DNA of 64,000 nt from Chiloscyllium plagiosum (GCF_004010195.1 NC_057718.1:74655403-74719402); one strand, 5' to 3'. Shown: positions 24,898 to 37,082, counted from the stretch's first letter. Notes: generated by a model not told the origin, from the sequence alone. Made by a program: numbers and translations.

Positions 24898-27525
24898 GTA
24901 CCCTCCCACGATCTCTTCATCTCCAACTGCCGTCATGACATTACCCACCTCAACCTCTCCACCCCTCTCACCCACTCCGACCTCCCTCCCTTGCAACGTG
25001 CTGCCCTCCACTCCAACCTCAACCTCATCATCAAGCCAGCTGAAAGGGAGACACAATGGTAGTTTGGCACACAAATCCCTACCTTGCCAACTTGTTGGCA
25101 CCTCCTCCTCTCACTCCCCTCAATCATGATCCGACCTCTCATCACCAAACCATCATCTCCAAGACCATTGACAACTTCATCGCCTTGGGAGATCTCCCAT
25201 CCAGAGCCTCCAACCTTATAGTTCCACCACCTTGCAGTTCCACAAACTTGCACTGCCTGTTTCTGTCTCCGACCCGAAGGGCTTATGCCCGAAACGTCGA
25301 TTCTCCTGTTCCCTGGATGCTGCCTGACCTGCTGCGCTTCTTCAGCAACACGTTTTCAGCAAAATTCATTAACCTGACTACCCCGGTTGACCGATTGTCT
25401 CTGCCTGCTCCTGCCCCATTGAACTGATCTCCTCTTATCTCGACTCTGTCCTGTCCCCTTTGGCCCAGGAACTCCCCACCTTCATTCAGGACACTACCAC
25501 GAACTTCATCTTCTCATGACTTTCAAATGCCCGGCCCCCAACACCTCATCTTCACCATGGACATCCAATCTCTCTACACCGGTATCCCCCATGAAGAGGG
25601 AGTTAAAGCCCTCTGTTTCTTCCTCTCCTGCAGACAGAACAGGTCCCCCTTCACTGACACACTCATCCGCTTGGGCAAAACTGGTCCTCACTCTTAATTT
25701 TTTTTTCCATCCTCTCACTTCCTATAAACCAGTGGGGGTGGCTATGGGCACCCACATGGCCCTGAGCTATGCCTCCTTCTTTGTAGGATCAATGGAACAG
25801 TCCCTCTTCCGCAGCTACACTGGCACCATACCCCACTTTTTCCACTGCTCCACTGATGACAGTATCAGCATTGCCTTGTGCTCCCATGAGGAGCTTGAAT
25901 AGTTTACCTACTTCACTCACACCTTCTACCCTGACCTCAAATTTATCTGACCATCTCTGACACCTCCCTCCCTTCCTGGACCTCTCTGTCTCCATCTCCA
26001 GCTACTAATTTGGCACCAACATCTATTTCAAACATGACTCCCACAGCTACATCAGCTACACCTCCTCTTCCACCCTCCTCCCCCCGATCCCATACTCCCA
26101 GTTGCTCTGCCTCCGCATATCTGCTCCCAGGATGAGCAATTCCACTCCAGGACATCTCAGATGTCCCCATACTTAAAGGAACATAATTTCTCCTCCCCCA
26201 TGATCAACAATGCCCTCAACCACATCACCTCCATTTCCGAACCTCTGCCCTCAAACATCCCGCCCTCACCTGCAGATCGACCCCACCACTAAAATGATAT
26301 TTCCATCCTGTGGTGTAAAATTATGTCCCAATACATGTGTGAATCATAATGTAACACATGTATTGGGCCAAGCAGTGGAATGTGGTGAAACGGTTAAAAA
26401 TTATGTCCCAATATATGTGTGAATCTAACCGGAATGGAGGTGTTGCTTAGTCCCGTGTGAATCTTATTACACACCTCCCCGTGTGAATCTTCTTATCTGT
26501 ATGTAACCAGAATGGAATGTGTTTTTTAGCCTTGCTCTGCTGTTCACATGAATGTTTATATCTGGAAAAGAGTATATCAGCTGGAAAAGTCTCCAGTTCG
26601 GTGAGTCTGCTCCGGGGTTACGTTTAACCGCCGAGCGTGGGTTGTTTGCAACCGCTCTACGAGAACTGACGGCTCCCAGTTCCGGTAACATGTAGAGTGA
26701 GTATAAGCCAGACCCGTTGGTTGTGGCGACGCTGCGGGGAATAAAATGCCCATATTCTAGCAGACTCGCCTCTTGGTCGTTTGTTCTGTGTCAGACTACT
26801 CTCCTACGAACCTGACCTTGAGAATTTTTTAAAACACATCCCCACCCGTATCCGCTTTCCTCAGGGACAGTTCTCTCTACAACTTCCTCGTTTGGTCCAC
26901 ACTCCCCATCAACCTCTCCTCCACACCTGGCACGTTTCCTTGCAAACACTGGGGGTGTAACACCTGCGCCCACAGTTCCCTTCTCACCTCCGTCCAAGGC
27001 CCCAAAGAATCATTGTAGAGATGAACCTGTATTCCTCTAACCTGATTTATTGCATACGTTGTTCCTGAGGTGATCTCCTTTACGTCAGAGAGACTGAGCA
27101 CTTGGGGACCAGTTCAGGAAACATCTATGGCCCGGATGCTCAAAACAATCCCACCTTCCAATTGCCAGATATTTCAACACCCCCTCAGACACACCCAATG
27201 ATATGTTCATTCTGGACCTCCTCCACTGTCAAAAAAGGCCACACGGAAACTGGAGAAAGAATACTTCATCTTCCACCTCAGGAACTTACAATGATATGGC
27301 CTTGACATAGAATTTACCAGCTTTCAAATCTGCCCAACGTCTTCCCAGGTCAAGCGCTCCCTCTCTGCCCCACCCCCTTGACCTGACCTAACCAGTCCAT
27401 CTTCCTCCCTGCCTATCATCTCCACCCTTCCCACTGACCAATCACAATCACCTCCTACTTGCATGCACCTAACACCATCCCACCTATCTTTCCCCAGCCC
27501 CACTGCCCCTCCCTCTATTTATCTC
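24898..27525 (+). mobile_element. Penelope-like element (RT plus GIY-YIG), decayed, interrupted by a solo LTR and a short PLE terminus
   Basis: IFTMDIQSLYTGIPH, GVAMGTHMALSYASFFVG, STDD, and after the LTR IYCIRCS..LLYVRET (GIY-YIG-like). Confidence 0.85.
26309..26836 (+). mobile_element. Young solo LTR
   Basis: TG...CA ends, exact 5-bp TSD catcc/catcc, TATA-like gtatat near 26572, AATAAA near 26740, many intact CpGs. Confidence 0.88.
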
Positions 27526-27949
27526 ACAGAGAGAGAAAGTTTCATGCCTCTTGCTTTGAATGAAGCCATAATCACAGGTTTCTCTGTTCAACATTCCTCA
27601 GACAGCTGCTCTCGCCACAACCTAAGACCCACAGTCAGTGCCACATGGTGTTATATGCACACTGTTGACCTCTCTCTCCAACAGCATCACATCATGCTGG
27701 CTCTGGGTTGTACCTCTCTGCAGTTCCACTTCATCTGCTGGCTGACTCACTAACAATAATTTTTTTCTTTTCCTTTCAGGCACCAAGGCACACAAGATGC
27801 AACAACTCAGAGGTACCCATCGCCCTCTGGAACCTTCCTCCCCTTCTCTTCCCTCTTACTCCATCCCCTCCCCTGACCCCACTCCAATTGGGTATTCACC
27901 ATCCCTCCTAACCTTTCACTCTCCAATGCTGAACTTTCTGTACTCAGCA

Positions 27950-28240
27950 AAGGTTCAAAGTTTGTGCGAAGATTTGTAGCTCGGGTGCTCGTTGTTGTGG
28001 TTCTGTTCGCCGAGCTGGAAGTTTTTGTTGCAAACGTTTCGTCCCCTGGCTAGGCGACATCATCAGTGCTTGGGAGCCTCCTGCGAAGCGCTTCTTTGAT
28101 GTTTCCTCCGGTGTTTATAGTGGTCTGTCCCTGCCGCTTCTGGTTGTCAGTTTCAGCTGTCCGCTGTAGTGGTTGGTATATTGGGTCCAGGTCGATGTGT
28201 TTGTTGATGGAGTTTGTGGATGAATGCCATGCCTCTAGGC
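27950..28240 (-). mobile_element. Terminus of a second Penelope-like family
   Basis: Antisense ORF end (EAWHSSTNSINKHIDLDPIYQPL) followed by a hammerhead-containing terminal repeat. Confidence 0.8.
28030..28069 (-). ncRNA. Minimal type I hammerhead ribozyme motif
   Basis: Minus strand GCA-CUGAUGA-U-GUCGCCU(AGCC)AGGGGAC-GAAA-CG-UU/UGC: intact core, helix II with one mismatch, 3-bp helix I, GUU cleavage triplet. Confidence 0.75.
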
Positions 28241-28333
28241 AAAGGTCTCAGCTTGTTATCCCTCTGCATCTCCACCTTAATGAATCTCGGGTGTGACATC
28301 AGGTCAAACTCATTTTCACCTCCGTGCCCATTT

Positions 28334-30203
28334 ATAGAGTCATAGAGACATGCAGCATAGAAAAAGATCCTTCAGTCCAACTCATTCATGCTGACCAGAT
28401 GTCCTAACCTAATCTAGTCCCATTTGCCAGCACTTGGCCTATATGCCTCTAAATCCTTCCTATTCATATACCCATCCAAATGCCTTTTAAATGCTGTAAT
28501 TGTACCAGCCTCTACCACTTCCTCTGGCAGCTCATTCACACACCACCCACTATGTGAAAAAGTTGCCCCTTAGGTCCCTTTTATATCTTTCCCCTCTCAC
28601 TCTAAATCTATGCCGTCTAGTTCTAGACTCCCACACCACAGGGAAAAGGCTCTTTCTCTATTTATCCTATCCATGCCCCTCAGATTTTATAAATCTCTGT
28701 AAGGTTACCCCTCAGCCTCCAACGCTCCACGGAAAACAGCCCCAGTCTGTTCACCTCTCCCTATAGCTCAAATCCTCCATCCCTGGCAACATCCTTGTAA
28801 AACTTTTTTCTGAACCCTTCCAGGTTTCACAACATCCTTCTGATAGGAACGAGACCAGAACTGCATGCAATATTCCAAACGTGGCCTATAGCTGCAACAG
28901 GTTTTCACAACTCTGAACAATAAAAGAAAGCATACCAAATCCCTCCTTCACTATCCTATTTACCTGCGACTCTACTTTCAAGGAACTGTGAACTTGCATT
29001 CCAAGGTCTCTTTGTTCAGCAACACTCCTTAGGATCTTATCATTAAGTGTATAAGTCCTGCTAAGATTTGCTTTTCCAAAATGCAGCACCTTACATGTGT
29101 CTAAATTAAAATCCATCTGCCACTTCTCAGCCCATTGGCCCATCTGATCAAGATCCTGTTGTAATCTGAGGAAACCTTCTTCGCTGTCCACTACACCTCC
29201 AATTTTGGTGTCATCTGTAAATTTAATAACTATATCACTTATGCTCACATCCAAGTCATTTACATAAATGATGAAAAGTAGTGGACACAGCACCGATCCT
29301 TGTGGCACTCCACTGGTCACAGGCTTCCAATGTGAGAAACAATCCTCTACTACCACCCTCTGTCTTCTACCTTTCAGCAATTCTGTATCCAAATGGGTAG
29401 TTCTCCCTGTATTCCATCAGATCTAACCTTGTTAACCAGTCGAACACCTTACTGAAGTTCATATAGATCACATCTATTGCTCTGCCCTCATCATTCTTCT
29501 TTGTTACTTCTTCAAAAACTCAATCAAGTTTGTGAGACATGATTTCCCATACACAAAGCCACGTTGACTATCCTTAAAAGTCCTTGCCTTTCCAAATAAC
29601 ACGTAAATCCTGTCCCTCAGGATTCCCTCCAACAACTTGCCCACCACCAATGTCAGGCTCACTGGTCTATGGTTCCCTGGCTTTTCCTTTCTTAAATAGT
29701 GGCACCATGTTAGTCAACCTCCAGTCTTCCAACACCTCACCTGTAATTATTGATGATACAAATATCTCAGCAAGGGGCCCAGCAATCACTTCCCTCGGTT
29801 ACCAGAGTTCTAGGGTACATCTGATCGATTCCTGGGGATTTATCCACTTTTATCCGCTTCAAGAGATCAAGCACCTATTCCTCTATGATATGGACATATT
29901 TCAAGATGTAAACATCTATTTTCCAACATTCTGTATCTTCCATATCCTTTTCCACAGTAAATACTGATGCAAAATACTCGTTTAGTATCTCTCCCAATTT
30001 CTGCGGCTCCACACAAAGACTGCCTTGCTGATCTTTGAGGGGCCCTATTCTCTCCCTAGTTACCCTTTTGTCCTTAATGTATTTGTAAAAACCCTTTGGA
30101 TTCTCCTTAGTTCCATTTGCCAAAGCTATCTCATATTCCCTTTTTGCCCTCCTGATTTTCCTCTTACTGCCTTTATATTCTTCTAAGGATTCACTTGATC
30201 TAC
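28334..30203 (-). mobile_element. CR1 LINE, about 1.9 kb 3' portion
   Basis: VTSGVPQGSVLCPLLFIIYVNDLD...KFTDDTKIGGVVDSEE and KENPKGFYKYIKDKRVTRERIGPL; tail tagagtcatagag. Confidence 0.95.
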
Positions 30204-30204
30204 C

Positions 30205-31378
30205 TCGACATCAGTTTCCATTTCTGTAGAGAAACTAGCTGCTAATATCCACTTTGAACCTACTGACTCCCACATTTACCTGGACTATACATCCTCGCAC
30301 CCTGCTTCTTTATAAAGACTCCTTTCCATTCTCGCAGTTCCTTCATTTCTGTTACATATGTTCTAAGACGTCAACTTCAAAAAAGGGAGCCTCTGAAATG
30401 TCCGCCTTCTCCTTCAACCGAGGATTTCCCAGCATTATTGTTGACAGGGCTCTCAACTGGGTCTGACTCATTTCCTGCACTTCCACCCTCACACCAGCCC
30501 CTTCCCTCCCGCAACAGCAATAGGGTTCCCCTTGTCTTTACCAACCATCCCAACAACATCCACACCCAGAAGATCATCAGCTGCCATTTCTGCCACCTCC
30601 AGTGAAATGCCACCACCAAACACATATTCCATTCCCTTCCCTTGCTCACCTTCTGCAGGGACTGTTCCCTCTGGAACACTCTGGGCCACTCTTCCCTCAG
30701 TGCCAACACCTGCCCACATCCCCATGGCCCCTTCCTCTGCAAGCAATGAAAGTCTGACACCTGCCCATTTACCTCCACCCTCCTCAGTATTCAAGGGCCC
30801 AAATAAGCCTTCCAGGTAAAGCAGCACTTTACCTGGACTTCACACAATCTGGTCTACTGCATTCCCTGCTCACAATGTGGTCTCCTCTACATTGGAAAAC
30901 TGAAGCATGGACTGGGTGACCGCTTCACAGAACATATACATTTTGCCCGCAAGAAAGAACTTGTGCTCCCAGTTGCTGCAGTGTTCCAGCGAAACTTAGT
31001 GCAAGCTGGAAGAAATCACCTCATTTTCTGTTTGGTTGCTGAGCAGCCCTGCAGGCTCAATATCAAGTTCAATAATTTGAGGACCTGAACTCTCCCATGT
31101 CCTCACCCCCAACCCCACACATAGTCTACCATCACACACTACCTATTGTTAGCTACAGTCTCCATTAATAGCTATTCATTCTCCTAGCCAGATTGCTATC
31201 CACTCCTTTGTCTGTCGAATTGAACTTCTCTCTCTCTTTGGGCTCTATCCCCACCTATCATCTACTCCTTACCTCTTTCCCTCCATCTTTTGCAAAAAAT
31301 CTAACATTCTCCTAGGTTCTATCAGTTCAGAGGAAGGGTCAGTGGACCCGAAACGTTAACACAGATTTCTCTTCACAG
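30205..31378 (+). mobile_element. Penelope-like element 3' part, same family as 22545-24620 but inverted
   Basis: KDSFPFSQFL, MSAFSFNRGFP, LVYCIPCSQCGLLYIG; terminal hammerhead-like motif at 31324-31360. Confidence 0.85.
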
Positions 31379-31499
31379 TTTTTAAGGTGGCTCACATTGT
31401 GAGTTTGGAACCATCAACTCCAGACAACACCCAAAACTCAAGCAAATAGGTCAGTAATTATGGACATTTATAGCCACTTGTGAATTTCACACATCTCAT

Positions 31500-31672
31500 T
31501 AGACATAGAGAGTCATAGGGATGTACAGCATGGAAACAGACCCTTCAGTCCAACCCGTCCATGCCGACCAGATATCCCAACCCAATCGAGTCCCGCCTGC
31601 CAGCACCCGGCCCATATCCCTCCAAACCCTTCCTATTCATATACCCATCCAAATGCCTCCCAAATGTTGCAA
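31500..31672 (-). mobile_element. CR1 3' tip
   Basis: agagtcatagggatgtacagcatggaaacagacccttc... Confidence 0.85.
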
Positions 31673-32394
31673 TTATTTAAAGATAAACTAAAATCTACAG
31701 ATGGAAGCATCTGCAGACAAATCATTTTCATGCTTCATAAAGTACAATAGGGAAAGTCAACTTTTAACTTTAGGCATGTCAAATTGAATAACCTCCATTA
31801 GCTTATTGGTGCACCATGACTGTTCCTCCCTTCCAACCAGAGTGAGGCCTCTAACATGTTAACCTCGTTACGAATTACAAGTCATCTACACCAGACACAG
31901 ACAGGATTATCAAAAATAATCACAGACTTCAGTCATCAACTAGAAATCGACTGTAAGTCATCAGGAACCAAATTATAATTGTTCAACTTTTAAGTTCTGC
32001 TTAAAAAAACCACTTCGGGCAGATCAACTACAATAATCATTGCAACCACTGAAAAATCTCTGCATTTCTAACATTTTCGTTCCGTCAAAACTAAAGAAAC
32101 TTTAGGCTTGCAGGGAAAAAGAAGTTAAATTCGATTTTTATAATTATTCTTTTACGTCCAGTTGTAACCAATATTTGTGCATGCGGGTGGATGTAAGACT
32201 GTTTATGTGCAACATTGCACTGATTCACAGGTTAAGTGTGTGGGAATAAATAATCTTTATTTTTACTCATGAATCCTGGAATGAGCTCTACGGACGGATG
32301 AGAAATTAACAACAATTTTCATGTACATATCCTAATTACAGATTGAAAGTAACACATTTTGTCTGTAATACACTGCTCCATTCATGGAATCCAT

Positions 32395-32685
32395 GCAGTG
32401 TGTAAACAGGCCCTTCGGCCCAACAAGTCCATACCGACCCTATTACATTTACCCCTGACTAATGGATCTAACCTACTCATCCCTGAACACTATAGGCAAT
32501 GTAGCATGGCCAGTTCACCTAACGTGCACATCTTTGGATTGTGGGAGGAAACTGGAGCATCCAGAGGAAACCGACGCAGACATGGTGAGAATGTGCAAAC
32601 TCCATAAAGACAGATGCTCGAAACTGGGGTCAAACCCGGATCCCTGGCACTGTGAGGCAACAGTGCTAACCACTGAGCTGCCCAT
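32395..32685 (-). mobile_element. HE1-type V-SINE (older)
   Basis: Antisense V domain and tRNA-like head. Confidence 0.85.
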
Positions 32686-32814
32686 TCACCATCAGTATGT
32701 CACTTAGAAGCAGGAACAACTTGTACTGAGGATAACTTGTACTTCATGTTCATAGCCACACTTCAAACCTCATATATGACACTGCAGAAAGCCTCAAGCT
32801 GTTTCCAACTGTTT

Positions 32815-33150
32815 GATTTTTAGATTAGATTACATAGATTAGATTAGATTACATTACAGTGTGGAAACAGGCCCTTCGGCCCAACAAGTCCACACCGACC
32901 CGCCGAAGCGTAACCCACCCATACTCCTACATTTACCCCTTACCTAACACTACGGGCAATTTAGCATGGCCAATTCACCTGACCTGCACATCTTTTGGAC
33001 TGTGGGAGGAAACCGGAGCACCCGGAGGAAACCCACACAGACACGGGGAGAACGTGCAAACTCCACACAGTCAGTCGCCTGAGGCGGGAATTGAACCCGG
33101 GTCTCTGGCGCTGTGAGGCAGCAATGCTAACCACTGTGCCACCGTGCCAT
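32815..33150 (-). mobile_element. HE1-type V-SINE (young)
   Basis: (tagat)n tail and near-consensus antisense body with intact CpGs. Confidence 0.92.
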
Positions 33151-34403
33151 CCACCATAGTTATAGTTTGGCTATAACTGGCGAATCCCCCAAGTTTTTTC
33201 CACCACATTCACACAGCTCCAAATGGAAGCAATTAATCAGACATGTATGCCCTCCTTTAATGCAGAATGTAGCTAACCATCATGAGGACAGCTGCAACTA
33301 ATGTTGTAGCCAATACCAGAGCCCAAACCATTGAAGGTAATGGCTTGTTTTACCTAATTAGCTTCTCACATTTTGCTTTCCTCTCCTGTCACAACCTCTT
33401 CTAAAAAAAGCTGCAGAAGGTAAAAGCATGCATCTCTTGCTCCATTATTTGTGATGTTCCATGCTCCTCGAGGCAGAGCTAGGTAACACAAATTTCATGT
33501 TGTCATCTCCTTTACTTGATTGCAGCAAAAAAATGTATGTTTCACATGCTGGCTATCTGTATGTTCAACACAGAGCTAAGCAGTGTGGGCTAGTAATGCA
33601 AGCGGTTCTCAAAAATGGTTTGTCATTGTCAAAAGGAATCTGGACAGAAATACAGGAGACTTTTCAATACTATTCAATTGTAAATACTTCTGAAAAAGAT
33701 TCATAATGACTTGAAATTGTAACTCTGTTTCTCTCTCCAAATGCTGTCAAGCTTGCTGAGATTATCCAGCACCTTCCTTTTTTATTTCAGACTTCCAGCA
33801 TCCACAGTATTTTGTGTTTATACCAATGGAGTGGTACATCATTTTCAGCTGTTTTCTCAAACACTGGAAAGGCAAACACACTCAAGGGTCACATCGAATT
33901 GAGATTTGTATGCGATTAGTCACTGTTTTATGAGTGGGCTGAAGCCAGGTTAGGTGTAAGGTTGCTTTATTTGTCAGCTAACCAGAAGGCAAAATTGCAA
34001 ATGAATACTACTACAAGGGGATTAAGTAGGAGTCAAGATTTTTGAGGACAGAAAAGGAGAATTAAGGCCATAAACCAATCAGCCATGATTGGTACTGCAA
34101 GCTCAAAGGGCCAAACCCTGCAAGATCTTAATAAGAAGGCAGCTGTCAGGAGACATTCATAATAAAATACTGAGTGTTCTGACTGACTCATCAAGTGCCA
34201 AACAGCCTCCTGTCATTGCCAAAATGCATGAGGGAGTCAGGTGCTGAGTTAGCTGAACACATCAGGCAGAAGTTCTTAGCTCTGCTAGCCCAGAGACAGA
34301 AACCCATGACTATTGCAGACTTTGTTTGGAAAGAATCACCAAATCTTTGGCCCTTCCTGCAGAGCATGCACCAACACTCCTCACTAAATCCAGCAATACA
34401 TTT

Positions 34404-34822
34404 TGTGGAAATAGTAAAAACTTAGCATACTGCTGTATGATAGTATACTTGACAAACTTGGCTCTCAGGCTCGCAGCTTTAGTTGAAATATACTTGCAGA
34501 GATAAAGACTGAGATTTTGTGTAATTATAGTTTGACAAAATATAGGGAATGTATCTTAAGCTCGTTAGTTTCTCTGTCCTTGAGCAACATTGAAGAAAAA
34601 AGGTGATAGCTGCACTGTCCTTATCTTTATCTTGAATTATTGTAAAGTACAGAATGTAAGCAAAGTTGTTTGTATCATTGTATAAGTAATAGGCTGACTG
34701 TTCAGCTTGAGAGAGTGCTGTGAGACAGTGATGACTGTAGCAGCCTTTCCGTGAATTCACAAAAAATAAAGTTTCTTGAAACAAGACTCAAAGTCTCAGA
34801 TTAAGCAATTTCCTTGACAGAA
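34404..34822 (+). repeat. ERV-B 5' LTR (3' boundary uncertain)
   Basis: tgtggaaatagtaaaaacttag ... ttccttgacaga matches 50395-50840; AATAAA near 34765. Confidence 0.8.
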
Positions 34823-35786
34823 TCTGGGGTCAGAGAATCAGAGTTAGGCAGAATTCCAATTAATACACCATCCAAAAAAAGTAAAAGAGGAAATAATAGA
34901 AATAGTGCGTGTGATAGTTCTGGCTGAAAGGAGGACTGGGCCTATGCTCCCCTCACGGTGGGGACATGTAGAGACTGTCCGGTGTCCAGCCAGTGACTAC
35001 AACTGAGCCAAGACTACAAAAAAGTTGAGGCAAGATCGTGGAGAAATCTACATTTACCAGGGCAGTGAGAGAGACAAAGTGGTAGTTACCCATTTAAAAT
35101 AGGCTCAAGACTTCGCGACCTTTTGGATGGAAGAGAAACACCAGTGAGCGCTTATAGTAGATTAGTGCATGCGGGCACCTGTTACAGGTTTTTTTCCCTC
35201 TCCTTTTCCATTCTTGGCCATTAATGTCTCTTTGTAGATTACAGAAATGGGAAATCGAACCACTGGTCAGTACCTCTCCGCGAATGAAGATGTGAGGCAC
35301 CCAGAATACAGCCCAAAGATGAAAAAGTGAACAAAACAAAAATGTTGTAAGATGATAAGATCACAGCAACAGATAGCAGACCTCATTGTTCTGATGGAAT
35401 CACTAGCAGTATGATGCACCATGAAACATGAGCTATGTCACTCCTTTTTGTAGTGATCTTTATGGATGGTCACAGGGTTGTTGGTCCTGCGGAGGCTCTT
35501 GTGACTTGAGTAAAATTAAGGAATGGCAAGAAAATACTCAGGAAGGAGCTGGCAATCCCACTTGGGACAAATGTTATGATGCATTGTTTCGTTAAACGGT
35601 TAGAGATTGCTAAGCGTCATCAACCTACCAAATCTGTACCTAACAAAGATGCTGGTGCACATAAGGAGGCACCTTCCAGTGCCTTGATGGGACTATATCC
35701 CCAGCTTGAATCTCAGGAGGATACAGTTATGGAGAACATCTTCTTGGCAGCAGCTGTGGGAGATCAGCAGCCCCAACCTCTTCAAC

Positions 35787-36521
35787 TGAGAGTCTGAAAC
35801 CTGAATACAGGCTGAGCTAGGACATGGAGGCTCATGACCTCTGCCTACGTGAATAGTTGCAGCTAGGAGCAACCACCTGACTGATGCTCTTGGTAACTTA
35901 GACAGCAACAAGGTGGCTTCTCAACGCAAGTTACCAAGACAAAATGGCTTCTAGGCTGCTAACTGATAATTCTGCTAGAGCTGCATAATGGCTTCTAGGC
36001 TGCTAAATGCTAATTCTGCTAGATAGCTATAAATAACTAACCACACACTGTTGCAAAAAGAGATTAGCAGACAATGCGCCCTTTAGAATACAGAAGTAAT
36101 TCGACAAGACAAGGGAGTAATAACCATTCTGACTGATCTTCAGGTGCAGATGTAACGGTTCTGTATTGAGAGATAAAAGTGACCTAAGCATTGGGACATA
36201 AGTTGTTTCCTAGTTAGTATCATTGGACCAAGTAACTGCCAATGAAGCAATATCAAGTATTGATTGATAATTGTTTGAATGTACTATGCAATCACACCCT
36301 ATACCCTGCTTTAAGAAAAGTATAAAAATGTCTTTGTATTAAGCTGTTGTGTGCAGCTCGTCCGAGGAATACTGAAGTACTCAACTTTTGGGTTTCTGTA
36401 CGCTCTTCTCTCGACCGTATGAAGAAATAAAGAGTGAAGACTTAAAACAGCCAAATCGATTTTGAGTGCTCATTGACTGATGGCGGAATCGAGAGACCCC
36501 GAGGGGGGGTCAAGATCTTCA
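35787..36521 (+). repeat. ERV-A 5' LTR
   Basis: tgagagtctgaaacc ... agatcttca; TATAAAA at 36321, AATAAA at 36426. Confidence 0.93.
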
Positions 36522-36523
36522 TC

Positions 36524-36541
36524 TGGTGCTGTGACTCGGAT
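36524..36541 (+). promoter_or_regulatory. Primer-binding site, tRNA-His
   Basis: tggtgctgtgactcggat matches the tRNA-His 3' complement TGGTGCCGTGACTCGGAT at 17 of 18 positions (CpG decay); tRNA-His priming is known for walleye epsilonretroviruses. Confidence 0.9.
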
Positions 36542-36620
36542 TCAGTATGGATAGATTTTGGACAGCAACGTAAGAGCCTTGAGTCCTCTGCTATTGAGTG
36601 TAGAGGAATCGGCTGGCCAG

Positions 36621-36628
36621 ACGTGAGT
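36621..36628 (+). promoter_or_regulatory. Putative major splice donor
   Basis: ac/GTGAGT between the PBS and gag. Confidence 0.55.
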
Positions 36629-36754
36629 ATTTTCTCCATTTGGTTTTCCTCTCATTCAAGTCGCAGTTGGCTCGACCCCTCGCTGTCTATCAGCTAAGTC
36701 CAGCCCAAAAAGGATCGGTCTTGGCAGGGATTTATTGTGAAAAAATTGGAAGAG

Positions 36755-36876
36755 AGTCGGGGACTACGGATTGGGAATCCGGAATAGAGTCGGGGACTCT
36801 AACACTTTGAATTGAGAGAGGAAATAGACAGGTCGGGGACCTGAGTATTGAAGACTTCAAATGAGTCGGGGACTCA
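36755..36876 (+). promoter_or_regulatory. Array of short stem-loops (five with GGG loops), putative packaging signal
   Basis: AGTC-GGG-GACT, CGGATT-GGG-AATCCG, TAGAGTC-GGG-GACTCTA, CAGGTC-GGG-GACCTG, TTGAA-GAC-TTCAA, TGAGTC-GGG-GACTCA. Confidence 0.65.
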
Positions 36877-37082
36877 AATTCAGTCAAATAGGTGTTGTCT
36901 AAATTGATTTCCAAATTATTCTGTTAAAGACTAAACAAGGAAGTATCGCAATACAATGAGACTGTCAGGGTTTTAGAATGTCGAGAAAGTTTTGCAGAAG
37001 TCATTAGTTTTGTTGTTCATTGTCGGGTTGTTGTTTAGTGAAAGTTTCAGGTCGAAATTATAAAAGAAGGGTTTTTTTTAAG

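Noticed and set aside
33158-33178. Small hairpin AGTTATAG-tttgg-CTATAACT
   Set aside because: A single 8-bp stem without context is expected by chance in 64 kb.
34824-34845. Possible ERV-B primer-binding site tggggtcagag
   Set aside because: Only a partial resemblance to a tRNA-Leu PBS, and the LTR end is ambiguous; not assigned.
36755-36876. Repeat-spacer look (gtcggggac units) suggestive of a CRISPR array
   Set aside because: Repeats are only about 9-15 nt and irregularly spaced, in a vertebrate ERV leader with no cas genes; better explained as RNA hairpins.
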